Below, piece by piece: positions 43,549 to 63,100 of a stretch of DNA of 64,000 nt. Within the stretch, counting starts at the first letter, position 1. Each line of letters begins with the position of its first letter. The stretch is from assembly GCA_964035545.1 (NCBI GenBank), contig OZ037772.1, positions 10,414,818-10,478,817 of the forward strand, in the 5' to 3' direction. Both the position numbers and the translations under genes were made by a program. The notes under the pieces are model-generated. The model was not told where the DNA came from and ran no database searches. It worked only from the letters and a program-made list of their open reading frames with translations. Source of the stretch: Bugula neritina (lineage: Eukaryota; Animalia; Bryozoa).

Positions 43549-44731
43549 CAGGGTTGGGGTAATTGTAATTTGTAATTGTAATTGGTTGTAATTAATTACA
43601 TTTTTTCAAGTAATTGAATGTAATTTGTAATTGAGGTTTAAAAATGTAATTGTAATTGTAATTGTAATTAATTACATATCTAATGTAATTGATTTTTACA
43701 ATTACTTTATAATTACATGTCAATTACTTCAAACTTTTAAATCTTAAAAAACTCCTTATTTTTCTACCGTGCCTACTGTTAAATAACAAGTTCAAACAAT
43801 TAGGCCAACATTCCATGCCAGCTCACCGAATGGCCCGCGCCTATTAGCGTCTCAGATTTTGTTCATGTTTACACCAAACAGACCTACACATGTCTCAAGT
43901 ACTCTTCTTCAGTATTCCTGGCATGACACAAATTCTTTTTGAGACATGACTACTTTTGTGGACAAAGGTTGAGAAACATTTTAAGGAAAATAAGTGATTT
44001 CTACTTTTAGACCAATCTATAAATGTTTATATCTCAATCATTTTTCTCTACTGGGCTTTAAAATTTGTTGTGTGATTTAATAATACCTATCAATTTGCAC
44101 TAGCAGTAACACATACTACAGAATACTTTGTGTGCATATATGCAACGTCATTGAATATGGGCAAATCTTTATAAATTTGGGAGAAATTCAAATATTTGCC
44201 TTATCAAATTTTAAGGCTCAGTCTAGAAAACTGATTGAAATATAGACGCTTATAAATTGGTCTAAAAGTATAAATCACAAATTTTTCCCAAAATATTTCC
44301 CAAGCTTTGTTCACCAAAGTAGTAATTTTTTAAAATGTTTTTGTGTCAGGCCAGAAATATTCACGAATGGTAATCTGAACATGTGTAGGTCCATTTAGTG
44401 TTAATATGAGCCAAATCTGAGACACAAAGATGTGGGACCCCTTGGAAGTTGGTTGATTTGCTATGGAATGACCCTATAGTATCACTGTTGAGAACAAAAG
44501 ATGTTCACCACTGTCAACATTGCCCCTGGTTATAGTTGGACCCTAGAAGTGACTTCTATTTATTCCTTGTGAGAAAAAAGTAATTGTAATTGTAATTAAT
44601 TACATTGCCATGTAATTGTAATTAATTACATTAATTTTTAACTGTAATTATAATTGTAATTGTAATTGACAAATCTTCATGTAATTGTAATTGTAATTAA
44701 TTACATTTACATGTAATTGACCCCAACCCTG
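43549..44731. mobile_element. Non-autonomous hAT-type DNA transposon with a perfect 8-bp TSD
   Basis: TIRs CAGGGTTGGGGT(C)AATT / AATTGACCCCAACCCTG. TSD CTCACAGT at 43541-43548 and 44732-44739. Subterminal (GTAATT)n arrays at both ends. Confidence 0.9.
43801..44476. mobile_element. Foldback/MITE element nested in the hAT element
   Basis: Long imperfect inverted arms: cattccat/atggaatg, gtctcagattt/aaatctgagac, gacctacacatgt/acatgtgtaggtc and acttttagaccaat/attggtctaaaagt. TA at both ends. Confidence 0.75.
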
Positions 44732-45493
44732 CTCACAGTCATACTCATACTGGTACTCATAATCACACTAACTCTAAGTGATAAATGATAGAGCTAGGAG
44801 TAACTGTAGGAGTTACCGAAAATGTACTACTACTATTAGTATTAGGTTTAACTTTAAAGTTTAGACTCCACAAATAGAATAAATATCAGTTTTATACTGG
44901 CACTCAGTCTCACGCTTCAGCATTTACTTATATTAATAGTCATAGTAATAACTATTGAGTAGTCTCACTCTTACTTTCAAGTTGAAGTTGTATGTGAATT
45001 AAAATTGCCATGAAAACTAGTGAATACCAAGTATAGCTATAAATATTACTATTAGTATTACTAGCTGTATAAATACATTAATAATAGTAATAATCTATTA
45101 TGCTGTACATGTTAATGATAGCCATGCCAACACTCAATTGTGTAGTTATAGGCTATGCATATTGCTATAGTAAGTGTAATAGTCAATTATGCTGAGAGTA
45201 AATACTTACAATAAAAGTAGTAGTAAAGCAGTCATACTATTAACTTTACATATTGATATTATGCTCATGGGCCATGGTAATGCAGTAAAACCGCAAGCAA
45301 ATTTGATCTAATTTAAACTGTATTTCACTCTTTTTCATATTAATTGTGATGATATTCAGAATCACTGGCATTTCTGCTGAGTTTGACTGCGATATGCTTA
45401 TTTCATATGCAATGATAATAAAAGTAAATGTTTTAATTTTAGTTCAGCCAGTTGAAATTGCCATATCTGGGCAGAAGCTAAAGACAAGATTAA

Positions 45494-50749
<5,256 letters not shown>

Positions 50750-50772
<23 letters not shown>

Positions 50773-50855
50773 TGTATTGCGGCCAATAGAAAAGCTTGAT
50801 GGTGTCTTGCAGCCAATTGGAAAGCTTGATGATGTCTTGTAGCTAACAGGGAAGT
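50750..50855 (+). repeat. 30-bp tandem repeat spanning the ATAT1 stop codon
   Basis: Unit agccaataggaaagcttgctgatgtattgc, about 3.5 copies. Confidence 0.8.
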
Positions 50856-51629
50856 TTTCTGGGATAACCAATCAGAAAGTTGGTTACTGTCTTCTAGCCA
50901 ATTAGCACCGCTAATTTAAAGTTATGATACCTTCTGCCAGATGATCTTCTAGGAAAAAAAACAAACAAAAACAATAATATCAATGACTTAAAAATATAAC
51001 TCCCCATGACTCAACTCTCCTTGTATATATTATTATTTCATTTCATATAATAATTGGATTACCATCCTATTCATATTAGCATTACTACTTAATAGAATTT
51101 TAGCTGTTTTACTTTTATATTTATTGCATGACAAATTTTTCATTATATTTCTCTTAAAGTTCACCTGTTCAAAACTGAAAACTTGGCAATCAGTCTGTTA
51201 TTGTAATTTACTCATGTAATTTTATTTATTTTGCTTATTATTCTCGATTGCAAAACCTCTTATTTTTACAGTCAAGTTTATTCTCTTTTTAGTTTTATTC
51301 TGGGGGCACTCCGAAAGCATGTAGTTATATCCTTGCATCTTAATTTATAATGTAATATTTTTTATAATACACCGTTTATCAAACCATTCAACTGCGTTGT
51401 TTTGCGGAGTTATCTCCCTCGCCGTAATGGTATTTAATATGACCTATATATGCTATTGCCCAATTATATGAATAAGAAACTCGTGATGCGGTGCCACTGC
51501 GCGTTCTATCTGGGTCATTGGTGTTTTCGTTACGGTTTTGGAGTTGTAAAAAATAGTAATATTTCGGCTTGAGCCTTGCAACATCTGAAACATTTATATT
51601 GAAATTGTGCTTCGTTTAAAATATAGACC

Positions 51630-54600
51630 ATGGGATTTGAAACTTGTGGGCCAAATGAAGCTATTGTAGTTTCGGGTAAGATCAATGTATGCTTTTCTTG
51701 TTTCTGCTAGTGCTAGAGTTAAAACTTAAAACAAACTCACTGAAAGTGAAAGTGAGTGTCAGTCACTCAGTGTAACTTGAAGTTGAATTCACACTCAGAG
51801 TGACATTGACTCACTCAGTCTGACTCAAAGTCTCGAGATCTCATTCAGTTTCATTGTCAGAGTGAGGTGACAATGACTGTTAAGTGTTTGTAAGTGTGAG
51901 TCAATCTGAATCTCAGCACTGTTGCGTAAGTAAGTTTAACTTTAAGTTTAAGTTCCAGTCAATATGAATAAGTGTTGGTGTGTTGACTTGGAGTTGGTAA
52001 GACTCAGACTCACTTACTGTCACTTAAAGTCGAATGACTGTCACTATCAGTATCATTATGAGCTGTATCGGCTATCGCCTATCTCTTGCAGATCTGTGAT
52101 CTGTTTTGAAACTGTATTTATATTTCATGTTGGCATTTGGTAGGAGATAGCCAATGGCTATGAGTAACCATCATATATGGTATTGGTATTGATTTTGATA
52201 CTCATAATGATAAATTCATACTCATAGTGATACTAAAACAGTTATGGTGATAGTCTAACTCTAAGTCATAGCCATAGTGGGTGTTATAGTCGGTAGAACA
52301 ACCAGTTATTATAGAACTTGGAAGCTGACTTAGGGTTTCAGTTAGAGTTTTATTTTGACTTTTGCTTTCACTCATTGACTCACATCTTTAGTTATAATAA
52401 CTTGTGTGACCCATATTTTGTTCTTATTCTCAGCCTTTTAGGTTTCACTTTCGCTGAAAAGATTTATGTGATGGTCTTTCTGCTTAAATAAAAAATAAAT
52501 TTTTGTGTATAACATTGCTATGCAGCCTCTAAATACAACTCCAATCAGGTTATAGTTTTTCATATTTTGTTCAATTAATTGAATCATAGGATTGTTTCTC
52601 ATTGCAGTTTAGAACTTCAAGCTATTAAGTTATTTGCCATGTATTTCAACTTGTAAGCATATTTATACGGTCTTCTAAATAATATATTAGTGGTAAAGTC
52701 ATTACAGTACTAATAGCTTGCATCATAACTATAACCTCTAAACTGTAACATAACTATGATTCTTTGCCCTTCAGGATGTTGTCACTCAAAACCACTTATG
52801 GTTCCCGGTGGGCGAGTATTTGTGTGGCCGGGTTTGCAGAAGTTACAGAGAATATCTCTGAACACAGTCACACTGACTATAGACACACCTAATGTATACA
52901 CTCAGCTCGGAGTATCTATCTCAGTCACTGGCATTGCTCAGGTATACTTTATATACCTAATATTTTGTGTTTCCATTAAAAATGCTGTGCATTTTAAAAC
53001 ATAATTTTCGAGAAATCAGTGTTCATGCAAATTTTTTTGAATTATCTTCGTTTCTTAAGACATTTATTATTTTAAGAAAGATGATGCATCAACAGAGTTG
53101 GTATTATCCCTGTTTAGCTTTATTACTTGTTTCATAAACTTAGCTAAAAAGTGTAACACAAGTTCCAGCACATATAGCTATTGTAGGATGGGGTAGGGCT
53201 CAGATATAGCCTGTGTTCATGTTGTGTTGATTTCCTTGTAGGTCAAGGTGAACGGCAGCAACATGGACATGCTTCTGACAGCGTGCGAACAGTTTCTCGG
53301 AAAGCCAGACTCTGAGATCAGATCGATTGCCAGAGAGACTCTGGAGGGTCACCAGAGAGCCATGATGGGCAACATGACTGTAGAGGTATGTGTCGTGTGG
53401 TGTATGTATGTTATATGTAGAGGTATGTGTATGTTATATGTAAATGAGTGTGTTGTATGTATTGTATCAATTATATGTGTATATTGTTAGTGTTTTTGTA
53501 TATTTTATTTGTGTTATATGTTTATTATTGTATGAGTTTTAATATTGAAGTGCACTAGTAGCTCATGGGATATGTATATATGTAGTATATTACATTACGT
53601 GTATGTGCTAGAGTCGTAGTATAGTGATTGTGTGTTATATTGTGATATTTGTGTATATGTGATGCGTTATTTTGTGTGTATAATTGCATTGTATGTGATA
53701 ATACTTGTAGTATATGTATGTACCATGTGTTAGATATATGCTATGTATGCGGAATATATGTGCTTCAAATGACTGAAGCGTTAGCTGCAAAATATCAGTA
53801 CATGTTAAAGGAAATGTTTTTCACTACATAATATTGATGCGTCACTACTTTGTGTATTCTATTCTGTTAGATTTGGTCTACTAGCTATTAGTGGTTATTG
53901 ATTACAGTGATAGTTTGTTATTTTGTCTACTTATTGGCTGGTATTTACATTACGCTATGCCTCATGGTGATTGGTCTATTAGTAGTTGAAACTCATCTGA
54001 TTGACTGTTGCAGGAGATCTACAAAGACCGTAAGAAGTTTAGTGCCTCTGTGTTTGACGTGGCCAGCTCTGATCTGGTGAATATGGGCCTCATTGTGGTC
54101 AGCTACACACTGAAGGATATTCGTGATGACGAGGGCTATCTGAAAGCCCTCGGTATGGCCCGTACTGCTCAGGTAGATCTTAAGCTATACATGTCTAAGT
54201 TTTCAGGCTATGTAGCTAGTGGCATTAGTTGATATCACACAGTAATTTCATTATAGTGCTTTGCAAATATTTACACAGTATACTAAGTGGTGTATAGTGT
54301 AAGCATAGTTCTATACTGGAGTTGTTTCACCTTTAGTGTGTCTCCTTTTAAGCCAGCATTTGATTAGACGTCTGTTCTAGTTCTTTTACTTATTATTAGA
54401 AAGCATTTGATGAGTTTACAGCACCAACTCATAGCATCAATGAGTTCAGATTTTTTTCAGGAGTAACTCTCAAGCTAAGTTATCTATGGCTCTAGGCCAG
54501 ATTTTTACCCTTCCTAACATTAATAACTTTCATTAAGACCATAACTATTATAAACTGCCTGGGGGTTTAGTTGGTTTAATGTTGCCTTTAATTTTTAGAG

Positions 54601-57600
54601 TGAAAATCGTGCTAATTCACTTATCACAAATTATGAGTTGGGATAAAATCTTAAATGCTGAAGCCGACAATTTTGTAAAATTGCTTTCGGGACATTCCGT
54701 TTCTAAACATGTGGCAGTATTCTGATTTCCAGCTTTCTCAGACATAGTCTCATGATGGGAAAGATAACTCCTCAAGCCATATTCTTAAATACAAACTTCC
54801 TGGGTTCTAGCATTCTGAGACATAGTTTTTGTGAGGGAAGATGACTCTTAAGGTCGTTACTGCCAGTCAGCGACATGTAGTTAAAATTACGCTGACTTAT
54901 GCAGGTGCAAAGAGATGCTCGTATCGGAGAGGCCGAGGCAAGGAGAGACGCCGGAATCAAAGAGGCCATAGCTGAGGAGCAGAGGATGCAGGCCAGATAC
55001 TCCAACGACATCGAGATTGCGCAATCCAAGAGGGACTTTGAGTTGAAGAAGGCAGCCTATGATATGGAGGTCCAGACGAAGAAGGCTGAGGCAGACTTAG
55101 CCTACAGTCTACAGGTGAGATATCGGGCTGTCTGTATATGCCACCCCTCTCCCCACTCAGTCTACTCAAAGTGAGATTTTCAGTCTATGTGTGAGATTTT
55201 GAGCTGTCCCCTTTTAGACTGTGATCTACTGACGATGCAAACACTCGCGGCGTACACTTCCAAGTGCTGCATGCAGTTTTCAGGATTTCAAATTTGACTA
55301 TTTTATAAATTCACTGGTAATTTTTTATCGACGCCATTATATGTACACTTTAACATGTATAACTCATGACTACCTCTGTTCGAACTTGTTTGGGAATTGT
55401 CTTACATAACTTGGTGTTTGTGCTATACTGGTAACTAGTGCTTACAAGAATCTATGGCTCAGTATGTCAACTTTATATGAGTTTCTGATCTCTACTACTT
55501 CTGGCATGTAATGATGATGTTTCATATTAATATACTGTGTTGAGTGAGTAGCTTATCTGCTACTGGACAGATACAGCGACCTGTGTATGCTTTGTGTAAA
55601 CATTTTATTCACTAGTGTTACTACTAGTTACTACTCAACTACTAGCATTAGTTACTACTCAACTACTAGTAACTGTGAGTAAAAATACTCACTTTTTTGA
55701 CTTTCAACTGTTCTATGTCTACGTGATACAGCTCATCTGGTGACTTGAATATCTTTGTACCATTCAAACAAAAATCGCTTCACCGCAACAGTCATTGTGG
55801 CTTAAGGCAGAGTTCATAGGTCACCTAGAGGTCCTCACTGTCCGAGGTCTCTCATGCACCCGTATTCAGCTGCACTGTATTACTCTCTCTTTGTTGTCAG
55901 GCTGCCAAAACCAAGCAGCGAATCAAAGAAGAGCAGATGGAGGTGAAGGTCGTAGAGAGGTCACTGCAGATTCAGGTACAGGAGCAGGAGATTGTGAGAC
56001 GGGACCGTGAACTGGAGGCCACCGTAAAGAAGCCAGCTGAGGCTGAGGTTTACAGGCTAACCAAGCTGGCTGAAGCCAACAAGAACAAAGTGAGTAGAAG
56101 TTTAATCAAAGATGGTTTTAGATAGAGAGCTGAATTATTAGCATTGTATGTTGGAGTTGTGTGCCCGTGTATTCTTATATGCACTGTGTTGTCAGAGTAG
56201 AGGCCTTGGGACCATCATTTAGGAGCAGTAGTGGAGAAATTGAGATAGTCTAAGTTCTTTAGATTTTCTTAACAAGATTTGGTTTGGGGCGCAGATTATA
56301 GTTCTCGCGAAATCATAACTTATGCTACATTTCTAATCTAGAACACAGTCTTTTCTCAATTTTTCTATTACTGCACCTACCTCGGAACTTTTGAACATGT
56401 AGCACACGTTTAGCAGTTGGTTATTCCAACTAATAATAATTTTCTTATAAAATGTATTTGTGCTGTGATTTGCCTTCTCGTGTTTACAAAGGATCTAACT
56501 TGAATTTATCTGCATAGTACAGTATGCAATCTCAAACATTGCCTCTAGTTTTGTTTCATATCTTTTCCTTACTTTTTTCACACTTTCTGTGCGTCTGATT
56601 CTCTTAGCACTACTGATTTATCCAAGCCTGTGTTCCTAGATTGTGTTGGAAGCTCAAGCAGAAGCCGAGTCAGTAAAGATGAAAGGCGAGGCAGAGGCCT
56701 ATGCTATTGAAGCCAAGGCTAGAGCCGAGGCTGAACAGATGGCTAAGAAAGCTGACGCGTGGAAGGAGTATCAGGATGCTGCCGTCGTAGACATGATTCT
56801 GGAGGTGATGCCTCAGGTACGTGAATACGAGTAATTCTCTACCTGTGTGAGCACAACTCTACCTGCGCATGTGTCATGAGTAAACAACTGCTTGTCAGAC
56901 TATGTAGATATCTTTTTAATCATGTCTGATATATTTAGCTATTCGAACAAATATTTGGCTCCGGGTAGATTCGGTATGCATCTCATCTTTCTGCTTTTGT
57001 TTTTCCAGTTTTAACTAAAGAGAAATCACTGACATACATGAATATTTGGCTGCTGCACAAATTATTCTTTTCCTAGTTATTATGAGTTTTAATGTGAAAC
57101 TGTTTAATTTATCATCATTCAAAGACCGGCCATTTAATTTCCCAAAAGACTTGGGTGATTCCACGGGATCTGAATTTGCTCTTTTCCCGGAGCAGGTTTT
57201 CTGTTCCGTCTCAATATGTATGACATCTGATGCTGTCGTGACTTGCAGGTAGCAGCAGAAGTGGCAGCACCACTCACTCAGTGTAAGAAGGTGACGCTGG
57301 TGTCGTCTGGAAAGGGAGATGTCGGAGCGTCTAAACTGACGGGAGAAGTGTTTGACATTATCGAAAGGATGCCGAAGTTGGTAGAGGGAATGACCGGTGT
57401 TGACCTCACAAAGGTTTGTCTGCCGTCCTATTTTTGTAGTCAATAAGTTTGGTGAAATTTTAGTTTACAGACTTGTGCAACATTAAATTATTTTCATTTT
57501 CTTGGCCATCAGGTAAATGCATCTTCAGGGTGGTATGCCGGAGTATGCGGGTTTTATCATAAGTTTTGTGTGTGGATGTCTTAAATTAATCTTTGACATG

Positions 57601-57948
57601 GGACCCTGGAGTTGTATGTAGCTGGTTGCCAGGATATATGTGAATAATTTAATACTGCATTGATGTAATGTGCCAGGGTTTTAAAGCATTTAGAATTACG
57701 TTAATATGTTGTTTAGATTGCCTTCAATTGGGTTAATTTATTGGGGAACAACTACTATTTCTGCTTATACATTCGAATTCAGGTTTTCTCCATATATAAC
57801 AAAATAATTCTGTCCAAAAGTTTTTCTGTCTCTGTATTTAATTTAAGAATTGTTTTTATGTTGAATAAAGGATTTATTTCTATTTATAATTTCTTTTCTA
57901 TTTGTGCTGTTTTAGATGATAAAGACATCAACTGCCGGGAGAAGATAA
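51630..57948 (+). CDS. FLOT1: Flotillin-1
   Basis: Exons 51630-51675 ([16 protein letters not shown]), 52775-52941 ([16 protein letters not shown]), 53242-53385, 54014-54172, 54905-55114, 55901-56089, 56640-56816, 57249-57413 and a probable last exon 57916-57948 ([10 protein letters not shown]). The N-terminus is flotillin-1 type rather than flotillin-2. Confidence 0.95.
56220..56379 (+). mobile_element. Short MITE family (TIR about TAGGTGCAGTA), copy 3
   Basis: taggagcagtagt ... attactgcaccta. Confidence 0.7.
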
Positions 57949-60169
57949 ATCTTATACTAAAGTTTTTATTCACTATTATAAAGTTTTTCTCCTCGTACAC
58001 ATTTGGTTGGTTGAATATAACTACAGATATCCTATGCCTTCAAACAACAAAACCTCAGGGGAGTTTTAAGACATTGTGTGATAGGGTCCGATGTGTCTGT
58101 ATTGTATCATATCATACGAGATTGTTTAAATATCAGCCAATTAGAGGCATCATTAGAGGTTATGAGCCAATCACTTTTTTCATTTTACTAATTTTAATCA
58201 AATATTGTTTATGTTCGTGCAGTTGCCTCTTCATTATTATTTTTGGTTTGTTGAATCATGCAGCCTTCTGGAAAGCTCCCCCATTTTTTTCTATATTTTA
58301 TAGCTTCTCTACTTGTATATTATCTTATGCTGGATTACTTTGTTTTCACTTCTTGTGTTCAGTTTAGTCTTGCATTGTTTGACATATTAAATATTTTTGT
58401 ACTATCTAACTAACACCGTGTCTAAAACCAGTTGTGATGTTATTTAATCAATTATGGATGTTTTGGTCACTGCTGGAAAATGTTTTATTTTAGTAGAGTA
58501 AATCATCTTTGTTGTAATTATGAACTGTAATCAATTATTTTATTGTTTTATTATAATACATATTGTTATACTGTATTCATTATGATCTTGTTCAATAAAC
58601 ATGATTAAAACAATTGATATGCTTCTGATGGAGTTTAAACTTTATTCTGATTTTGAAAACATAAACTTCTTGCACATTTGATATACTTATAAGTTATCTA
58701 CCATAAATCTGTGTTGGCGAAGATTTTTATTAACTGAAATCCTAAGAAGTTGTCTATTCCTGGATTTAAATAGTCGATAATCTGTATAAATTATTGACAC
58801 GCAACCGGTCTATTCGCATTCAATATTAGCCAATCAACGCCAGTTTAGCATTTCTATTGTCCAATTGCTACTAGATAATTCAAAAACAAAATTTGCTCGG
58901 AAACCGAACAACATTCTCAGTTTCACGCTGGTGGGAATCCACATCTACATTGTCATCAGTACTACTATTTAGATTTAACTTTAAATTATAAATGAACTAT
59001 GAATTTCCGTAAGAGTTAGAATCTTATGCTCAGTGTTAAGTAGGTTTTCTAGTCTTTCTTTCGTTATATAACGGTATATAAATCTGAATATATGTTATCA
59101 TAATGATAATGATTAAACGATAAACATTTCCATTTTCAAAATGATTTTGTGCTAACGGTAACTGTTACTGTAAGTGAGTATCAAATAGTACCACTATGAG
59201 TATGATTGTTAGTATGAGTATTCCTATGACTATCAATATAATAAAATAATCATAAAATCAAATTACTTATTTATTCAATCATTGCTAATATGCTGGCTAA
59301 GACATTTAAATCTTGAGGAGTACCGCTTTCTCCAGAATTTAGTACTTCCTACAGACGAAGATGTAAGATGTAAGATAGTTATTGATGTAAATTATGATAT
59401 CATTATTTGTAAAAATATATATTTTCCTATTTTGATAATTTTGCTAGTAAACAGCCTACTAATAGTAAAAGTAATACCAATGGCAATACTAATAGTAATA
59501 GTATTACTTTTACTAATACTAATACTTTTAGACTTGGTCACATTCTCCTACTCATAGTGATACCCCTCCACTTCCAGTCATATTTTATAAATATATATAT
59601 TATTATTTTATTCTACTCATAGTAACTCATAGTCATAGTGATGGTGTATAACTATAAGTATAACATTTACTGAATATTCAATAACTTATAGATTTTTTAC
59701 ACTAAAATTAATAGTAATTCAATATAAGTAATTCAGTGTTTCTGACTCTCATCCTGACTCTTCTAGATAGTATAACCTTTCATTGAAAGGATAAAGCAAC
59801 TTTCACTCTCAGTGAAACCTGAGTAGGCGAAAATTAAAATTCATAATCAAATAACATTTTTTTTCAAATTTTTTCTTTCATGCTAGATTCAGTATCAAAG
59901 CTATAAGCAAATTACAAAGCTATTTCCGCTAACATAGCTTTCTGGAAATCGTTTTAGTTGGAACATTTTTTGTTTGAACTGTGATCGTTTATAGTTATTC
60001 TGAATAATTGGTGTTTCAGCTTTTACTAATACTGTCTTACAGCTATTTGTATTTTTCCATTTTTCTAACTGAGTAATGTTTATTATTTTAGTTTAAGTTT
60101 TTAACGGATCAGGAAATATAACCAACAGTCAGTCACCTGTAGAGTCTAGAAAACCTCCTGGCTAAGTCG

Positions 60170-63100
60170 ATGATGAGTGGCAGAATTCTAGATATCATGT
60201 CTGCCCGGCCAGCCAATCAGCTTCCTGCTATTCCAACTTCAGCAATAAATGGCTCAAGTCAGTTCATAATTTACTATAATATGACATTTGATGAATTTAT
60301 ATTTGTACCAGGATTTTGTTAACAACTCTCCTAATTTCTAAAGAAATAGCAACTTAAATTAATGTTCAAAATATTGTTATTTGCTTGATATACTTTTCAC
60401 AAAACATTGTGTTATCAATTAACATGCTATGAATAGTTGGGCAAAGATCAACAACATCCATAAAGTAAATTGGATACTTTTACATTGCAGAGTTTGTTTT
60501 TATGGTACATAGAACTGTGTTTTAGTCTCAAATTTTCCAATTCACCAAACAGTGCTAGATATTAGGAGATCTTAAAGTTTGTTATTAAAAGGCATTCAGA
60601 TCTACTTACAACTTGTATCTTTTGAGTACAAAGAAGAAATGTGATGATTCTATGTATTTGAGAGTTTATCTGTTGGTGCAATGCATGAGTTTTCTCCATG
60701 CAAATAACGATATTAAGAAAGGCATTTTGATTATTATTATTAATTCTATTGGAGTTGCTCGCCTATCTTTGTTTTTCATGCAAACAGCTTGTCATTTTAG
60801 GTTTGAGCACCTCCCTTCTAACATTGTCAAGATAATATGTTTACTCGCTTGAGTAGTAAAATGTCAAAATAGTGAAGTTTCACTATTTACTTTTTTGCAA
60901 TATTGTCAAAACAATTTATGTTCAACTTTAAAAAGGTCTAGATGGTGTGGATGCATAGGAGCAATATGTGCCATCAGTTAGTCACTGTATTCTGAACTTT
61001 CCTAATGGCATAGTTTGTTCACATTTTCAACTAGTAGCTGATAAAATTTATCCTAATCTCTGCTCAAATTGATGCTTGCGAATTCTACGCCATTTGCAAC
61101 TTCTTCTTTGAGACTCCAGCTTTGGGTAGCTGACCAACTGGCAGATTTCTTTGGTACATATTCTGTCAGTTGCAACACTTCATACTGTAACTTTTAAGTT
61201 TTTTATTCTGTAGTATGTTGAAATCATTTTGCTCTGTGATGCATGACAATAACTTCCAGGGCTTTTTTAATAGAGTTGGTCTTTTTCCGTGTGAAGGCAA
61301 TCACTTCTATTGTTTACTATGTAAACATTCCCATTCACAAGTGTACTGGACACTCCTACAAATTCCTATAAGTTATATAATATGCATGCACTGGTATTTT
61401 AAACACAAAGGTGTTGGGGCTGAGACTATTGTGTTTACTGTTACAAATAAGTGATGTATGTAAGTCATAGCATGGCAGCATATGTTACCTGAAATACACA
61501 TGCCATGTTGTTGCAGGTGCTCTGGCAGCAGGTAAAGGTCATACCGCTGCCGCAGATGTGTCAGATCAATTCAGCGGTAAGTTTAGTTCAACTGCATCAT
61601 ATTTCTTTAAACATATCTCAGTCAGTTGTACAACATAAGTGCCCTACACTCTTGTGTGCTTTTTAAATCAATATTAAGCGTGCAATGTGTAAATAGATTC
61701 ATAATTGTTGAAATACAAACAGTCAGGCCTTATTTATTCCAATTTTCAACATCACAGCATCTAAATTCTAGGCTTTCATCAAGAGTAGTTCTGTTAATAA
61801 AAAGTTGTACACTCTGTGTTAACACAACCTCTACATTGTACACTCTGTGTTAACACAACCTCTACGTTGTACACTCTGTGTTAACACAACCTCTACATTG
61901 TACACTCTGTGTTAACACAACCTCTACATTGTGCACTCTGTGTTAACACAGCCTTTACATTGTACACTCTGTGTTAACACAACCTCTACATTGTACATTC
62001 TGTGTTAACACAACCTCTACATTGTAGTCGAGGCCGATAGCTGTGCCGTTACAGTCGCTGTTCGTGTGAGACCGTTCGCCCAGAGAGAGATCAACGATCA
62101 GAGGAACAGACGAGTTGTGTTTATGAGAGGAAACGAGACTACAGTGCAGTCATCTGGTCAGTGTCCAGGACATGCTCCAATACTATATCTAGTCTCAGTA
62201 TTATTGTTTCCAATTCATGTACTTCATCTGTCTGTAGAATAAAATATTAGTTGTCAGGTTGTAGGATGTTTATGTTAACCAAAATACCAGCTGCTTTTTT
62301 CTCCTTAAGAATTTGTTTGCAATCCAAAATTCATCTGTCGTAGCGGGTGTTAGGACATAATATAGACTATATAAGTTTGTTAAGGAGTTGTCCGTTCACC
62401 TTCGGGTCATTGCTGATCACCAACATACAATTTACCTGTTTTAGACTTGAGTTTGTATTTGAAATACTTTTTTTCACTTGTGTATCGAAGGTAGAAAACA
62501 CATTCTGCGCAAGTATACATTCAAACCTTGCATCTCAAAGAGCTTACACTAATGTGTGGGAGTTTTTTCCTTTTCACATTAGGATAGAATATTCACATTT
62601 TTTAAGTATTTTGAGTTACTGTTCACAGGCTGTATTAGAGGGTAGTTCACCTCTTTTAATTACCTTTGACCTCTGTTTGGCTGTGCTGTTAGTAGCCTTT
62701 CCCATATTTTTCCAGATAGCAGTCCTGTACACACGTTTCAGTACGACTACTCTTTTGACTCATTTGACTCCAATAGCCCTGGTTTCTCAAGTCAGCTGAG
62801 GGTGTATGAATGCCTGGCCCAACCCATTTTGACCAGAGCCTTTCAAGGGTACAACACGTGTCTGTTTGCATACGGCCAGACGGGGTCTGGGAAAAGTTAC
62901 AGCATCATGGGACACGGCAGCGATGACGGTATTATACCAAGATTCTCTGAGGAGCTGTTTGATAGGGCTGACAAGTTGCAGTCCGCTGATAATGATGTGG
63001 TGAGTCTGATGGTACTGAGGCTATTCCTTGCTTTTTTGAGCTACAGATTAGAGGGAATATTTATCACAGAGTATAGGGAGCTAATCAGAGTTATGTTTTG

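Noticed and set aside
57741-58367. 208-aa ORF after flotillin
   Set aside because: Non-ATG start, AT-rich intron/3' UTR composition and no recognisable motifs; it overlaps the probable last FLOT1 exon in another frame.
58640-58900. CCAAT boxes and CHR-like TTTGAA upstream of KIF14 as a G2/M promoter
   Set aside because: These short motifs are frequent in this AT-rich sequence and the TSS is unknown.
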